Of a stretch of 64,000 nucleotides of DNA, positions 60,054-64,000 are shown piece by piece. Under the pieces are notes generated by a model that saw only the letters and a list, made by a program, of their open reading frames with translations, made no database searches and was not told where the DNA came from. The DNA is from Marsupella aquatica (taxonomy: Eukaryota; Plantae; Marchantiophyta): assembly GCA_973895155.1 (NCBI GenBank), contig OZ316899.1:7939241-8003240 (forward strand), written 5' to 3'. Positions within the stretch are counted from its first letter, which is position 1. Each line of letters starts with the position of its first letter. The position numbers and the translations under genes were made by a program.

Positions 60054-63000
60054 TTGTTTGCAGGGAAGAATTGTCATGTTCTTATGCCGTCCGTGCCTAT
60101 CTATCGGGTCAATAATGAGTCAGGAGACCAAAAGCATTTAGGGACTCTTAGCTACAAGGAGGGTTGGACCTTGGCTGACGCTAGGCAAAAGATGGTGGAC
60201 CTGGAACTTTGGGATTTTGAGTTCCAGTTTATTGATGTCAAATATAATAGTTGAATTAAGGTTGCCTGGGAGAAAGGCAACCTCATTGACGACTGTGGAG
60301 GGAACTTGTTGTTATCCCAAAGGTTGGGACTGCAGTACCGGGCACTAGTGTCAATGTTGGCAATAGCAATGCTTCCAATGGTACATCTCAAACCGTAAGC
60401 CAGAGTGACGACCTTGATACCCAACGTGTCAAGAGTACTGACTGGCTAGTAGATGAGCCCACATTGCCCAATCCTTCCCTTCCTAACACTCCTCCAATAG
60501 TGGAGGAGGAGGTTGTGCAAGTGAGGCCTTTGGCAACGACTATGCCAAAGGAATTGGAGAGGCACTGGTTGAAAGAGGTGGATAAGTTGAAGGAGCACCT
60601 GGTGTCCATCAATGTTGCACACCACAAGTGGAAAGTCATAACTTGGGACAAAGATGGTGTGCCCTGTGGTAAGATTGAGTGTGTAGAGTGTCAGTGCAAT
60701 AGGCTGGGAACATCAAAGGGGTTGATGGACAGAGGGAGCGTCACTAATCGCTTCACCAATTTCAAACACAAACATCTCATTACAGATAAGCATGCATCAA
60801 ATGTGGCAACTAATAGGGGTGAGAAAGTCGACCATGCAGAGATCTCCAAGAGGGCTGCAACATCTTTACTGAGTGATAGAAGCACTCTTGACATTCACGT
60901 CAAGATTGTGGACCGTGTGAACGAATCCCAAGCCGTTCACGATCAAACTTTTGAAATTGTAGGTGACCTTAGCAAGGAGCCTATGGAGTTGCGGAAGTTT
61001 AAACTCCTATGTTATTTTTGCACAGAGTATCTTGTACTGATACAACATAATTTGGAGTCCAATTTACAATCCCATTGTAGTAGTGTGAACCATTTAAATG
61101 CAGCGGCAAGAAGTCAGAAACCACCTAGTGGTCAACCAGTACTGTCTGGAAAGGCAGGCGGGCCTCCTAGAAGTGATAAGAGAGATGTTTGACAAAGAAC
61201 AATTTCAGGATTCTTAAGTCGCCAAGCTTGAGACAAAGCTTCTAGCAGTCGGCCTAGGGGTAGCGACTCAAGTGGAGGCTCAAGCAGCCAGACCGGGGAT
61301 TTAGCACCAGATAAAGGTATTGTGCATGGATGGTCGTTGTTGTGTTGGGGATTGTGGAGAGATGTGATCATATACAAAGGAGAAGTCAGGCCTATCAAGG
61401 AAATCCTGTTTGACCAGCTTAAAGTGGAGGGTGACTGGTTTGTAGAGCCTCTAGTCACAGCTGAGGTGTGGTGTCTGTCAACCCAAGAAACATGTGCTAT
61501 ACAAGGACTATTTAGACACAAACAATGTAGTAGAATGTCAGAGGCTGGCAATGGTTTTCGAGACCTTACTTGCAAGCAATGTTACTCAATAAAGTTCAGA
61601 GACAATTTTAGAGGAAGAGTTAGTCGAGAGGCCATCTCAACAGTCAAGAGAGGGACCAGAGGTACCGGGAAGGGTCGGCGGTTAGATTATCTTACAGTTC
61701 CTAAAATAAATTTTCAGGCAAAAGTGTATAAGAGGAACATATTGAGAGAGAGAAGGCGTGTGAGAATGCTACAACACCGTCTATGCATGTTGCATGCGCG
61801 AGTCACTGAGTTCATTGAGTCAAGGATGTCTGCGAGGAGTCTAGGAATAGGAAAGATGTGTTCAAGTTTTGCAATTCCATTGTATTGCTCATCAAAGAGG
61901 AGCCTTTGGTGGGAGAGACACATTGTGGGATTTGCTAAGAGATGTAGCTTCCAACCTCAACAAGGAAAAGCAGGGTCAGAGGTGGTGATCAGGGTCAAAG
62001 CTACTTGTCTAGACACTGTACCAACATGGAGGAAGACGTGTGGTTGATTGCCTACAGACTAATGGTTTAGGCCCTAGTCTAAACACCCTTCAACGAGATC
62101 AAAGGGGTATGGTGGGGTTTCGTGTTGGTATACGAGTGGAGCAATTCAAGTTTGTAGCCGAAGTGTACTCCAGATTGAAACGGAGGATGGGTATTGTTGG
62201 TCCGGTGCCATGCTATGTGGCAGAGGATGAGACTGTTGTCAAGCGCACAGTCAGGTGATTTCACTGCCTTGATTATCATCAATCATTGAATCTGAGCTTG
62301 GTACTTGTTACCATGCCTACACTCTTCAATTGACTGAAGTTGTCATGTGCTATGCAGATGGCAGCCCAAACATGATACAATTTTGGGATTTTGTGGAGAG
62401 AAAGAGAACCATAAATGTGTGGTGGGCTTGACCGTGAAGGTTGGAGAGGCCAAGGAGGGCTTCAACAACATAACTGGAGCCTTTCAAACATATGTTGTTG
62501 GCCACCAAGCAAGAGCGCTCGTAGTGAATCCCTTGGTTCGTGGATTTCCTCGTCTCTGTTTAGGAGGAACCATTACATGCAACAAGTTTAAGGCGAACGA
62601 TGTAAGAGATCAATGGAGTGACATAGGATCCCTGTGGACCACTCATTGCTTGCAGTCAGTCGGCCCCCTCTTGGGCCATGCCAGTGATGGGGATTCTTGT
62701 AGGAGGAAGCTCATGCTGGAAGATTACACTAATAAAAGAATACAAGGGCCCAGACAGAACCTTTGTTGGGAATGATGGCTATTGAGTCACTCGTTTAGCA
62801 CTGAGGGGCCCTATGTGCATGCTCATGGATTACATGATCAAGATTATATCCACAATGGGAAGAAGCTCATAAACACACTGGATACATTGGCTAGAACATT
62901 GAAATTAGGGGCGCATGTGGCAAGTTGGAGTCATTTGGGGACTGTGTAGAAGCTTGGTACCCATGATGAACACGGCATTAACCTTGCGGACATTGGGCAT

Positions 63001-63746
63001 AATGATAGACAAAAATCAATTGGGCTAGTGCGCAGAGACTATGTAGTAGGAAAGTAGTGGATTCATTGAGGAAGCTTTGACAACGGAAGGATGTGAAAGT
63101 GGATATGTCACTCGGGACAGAGATTTATATAACCGTATGTGCAAACTATTTGGATGTGTTCATCAACACATCCCTTACTTTGCGCCAACGGATTGCCCTC
63201 TGTGGAAACGTTGGTTTCTTTTTCAGACTTTGGAGACTGTGGTGCTTCTATGGGAACCATACTGTAGGTGGTAATACACAACCAATTAGTTTTACAGCAA
63301 GTTGCATCCCTATGCAGAGTTTCCTTGACATTCAGATATCAATGCATTTTGTGGTCCTTCTGATAGTCCAGTTTAGAGATAATTTCCGACATCTGCCTAT
63401 ACCCTTGCAGATGACAAGCTCTGACTATTGTGAACAGTTTTTCTCTAAAGTAGGTGGGATGAAAGGGAATGAGCAAAACTATGACTTTTCAGAACTTGTT
63501 GATTGTGCAACCTCGTTGAACCGGTTGGCAGCCATGGATTTGAGCCGCGGGATTGTAGGTGCAGGCAAAAGTCATAAGAAGCACAGGTCCATTTGGATGT
63601 CTCTCATTCCAGGCCCCAAAGCCGTTGCTGATCAAGCAGACTATTCAGGCATAGAAACAAATGAGGAAGTTGTGGCAGCTTTGAAAGAGGGGTTGTTGTT
63701 GGCACAAAATGCTGCCATCCAACTTGAAATGAACCCAATCACATCT
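60054..63746 (+). pseudogene. Decayed DDE transposase, P-element/THAP9-like, with N-terminal zinc fingers and an intron
   Basis: AEDET (62222), HASDGD..RRKLM (about 62680), HDQDYIHNGKKL (62833, D(2)H motif), SSDYCEQFFS (63417); GT-AG intron 62255-62357 joins VKRTVR to WQPKH; CxxC...H..H fingers in 60464-61192. Confidence 0.7.
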
Positions 63747-64000
63747 TGTGATGCCTAGCCAGGAATCATTAGGCCACTTTAAATAGTAAAATCAGGAGTG
63801 TACCCTAGGAAACACCTTAGTATAGTAACAAAACAGGGAAATATAAACAATTAAGGGTGACTATGGAACACGAGCCGAGGCCGAAAGTAAGGACGTCGGG
63901 GGAGGGAACACAATTAGGGTTAGGGCGCGCTAAGTACCGGCGGCTATGGGTAACCAACGGGAAGGAAGACCAGCCAAGGGGGGGGGGGGGTAAGGACCGA
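63747..64000 (+). mobile_element. Start of a G-family LTR running off the window
   Basis: TGTGATGCCTAGCCAGGAATCA and downstream motifs match the reverse complement of 44470-44669; truncates the transposase. Confidence 0.8.

Noticed and set aside
63912-63925. TTAGGGTTAGGG as telomere
   Set aside because: Only two units, internal to a G-family LTR

Overview
Eukaryotic, plant-like (by protein resemblance probably a bryophyte such as a liverwort; inference) heterochromatic DNA made almost entirely of nested retroelements. No host gene, RNA gene or CRISPR array is recognisable. The main feature is a young 10-kb Ty3/Gypsy element (600-10632, 4-bp TSD ACGG) whose polyprotein runs Gag-PR-[DNMT3-like C5 cytosine methyltransferase]-RT-RNaseH-DDE integrase-[PHD finger]. 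Instead of two LTRs it has split direct repeats, A...B-gc-A-B. A self-priming PBS follows the first A and the PPT precedes the first B, so the reverse-transcription LTR is B+A, while the TG..CA integration ends map to a palindromic junction inside that LTR. This is what integration of a 2-LTR circle opened at an internal att site would leave. 11-50 kb is a multi-layer nest: a degenerate Gypsy element plus a solo LTR (family B), both inserted into the same palindrome of a 1.5-kb LTR family with AGT..ACT ends (family C); several 3.7-4.8-kb giant LTR-like units (D, E, E2, F, G) carrying a shared protein-coding cassette inside the LTR; and an element ending in an inverted copy of its own left end. 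51-54 kb is a Copia (Bianca-like) pol remnant. 56-64 kb holds an RNase H1 hybrid-binding-domain fragment, an orphan ORF and a decayed, intron-containing P-element-like DDE transposase, cut by another LTR at 63747.
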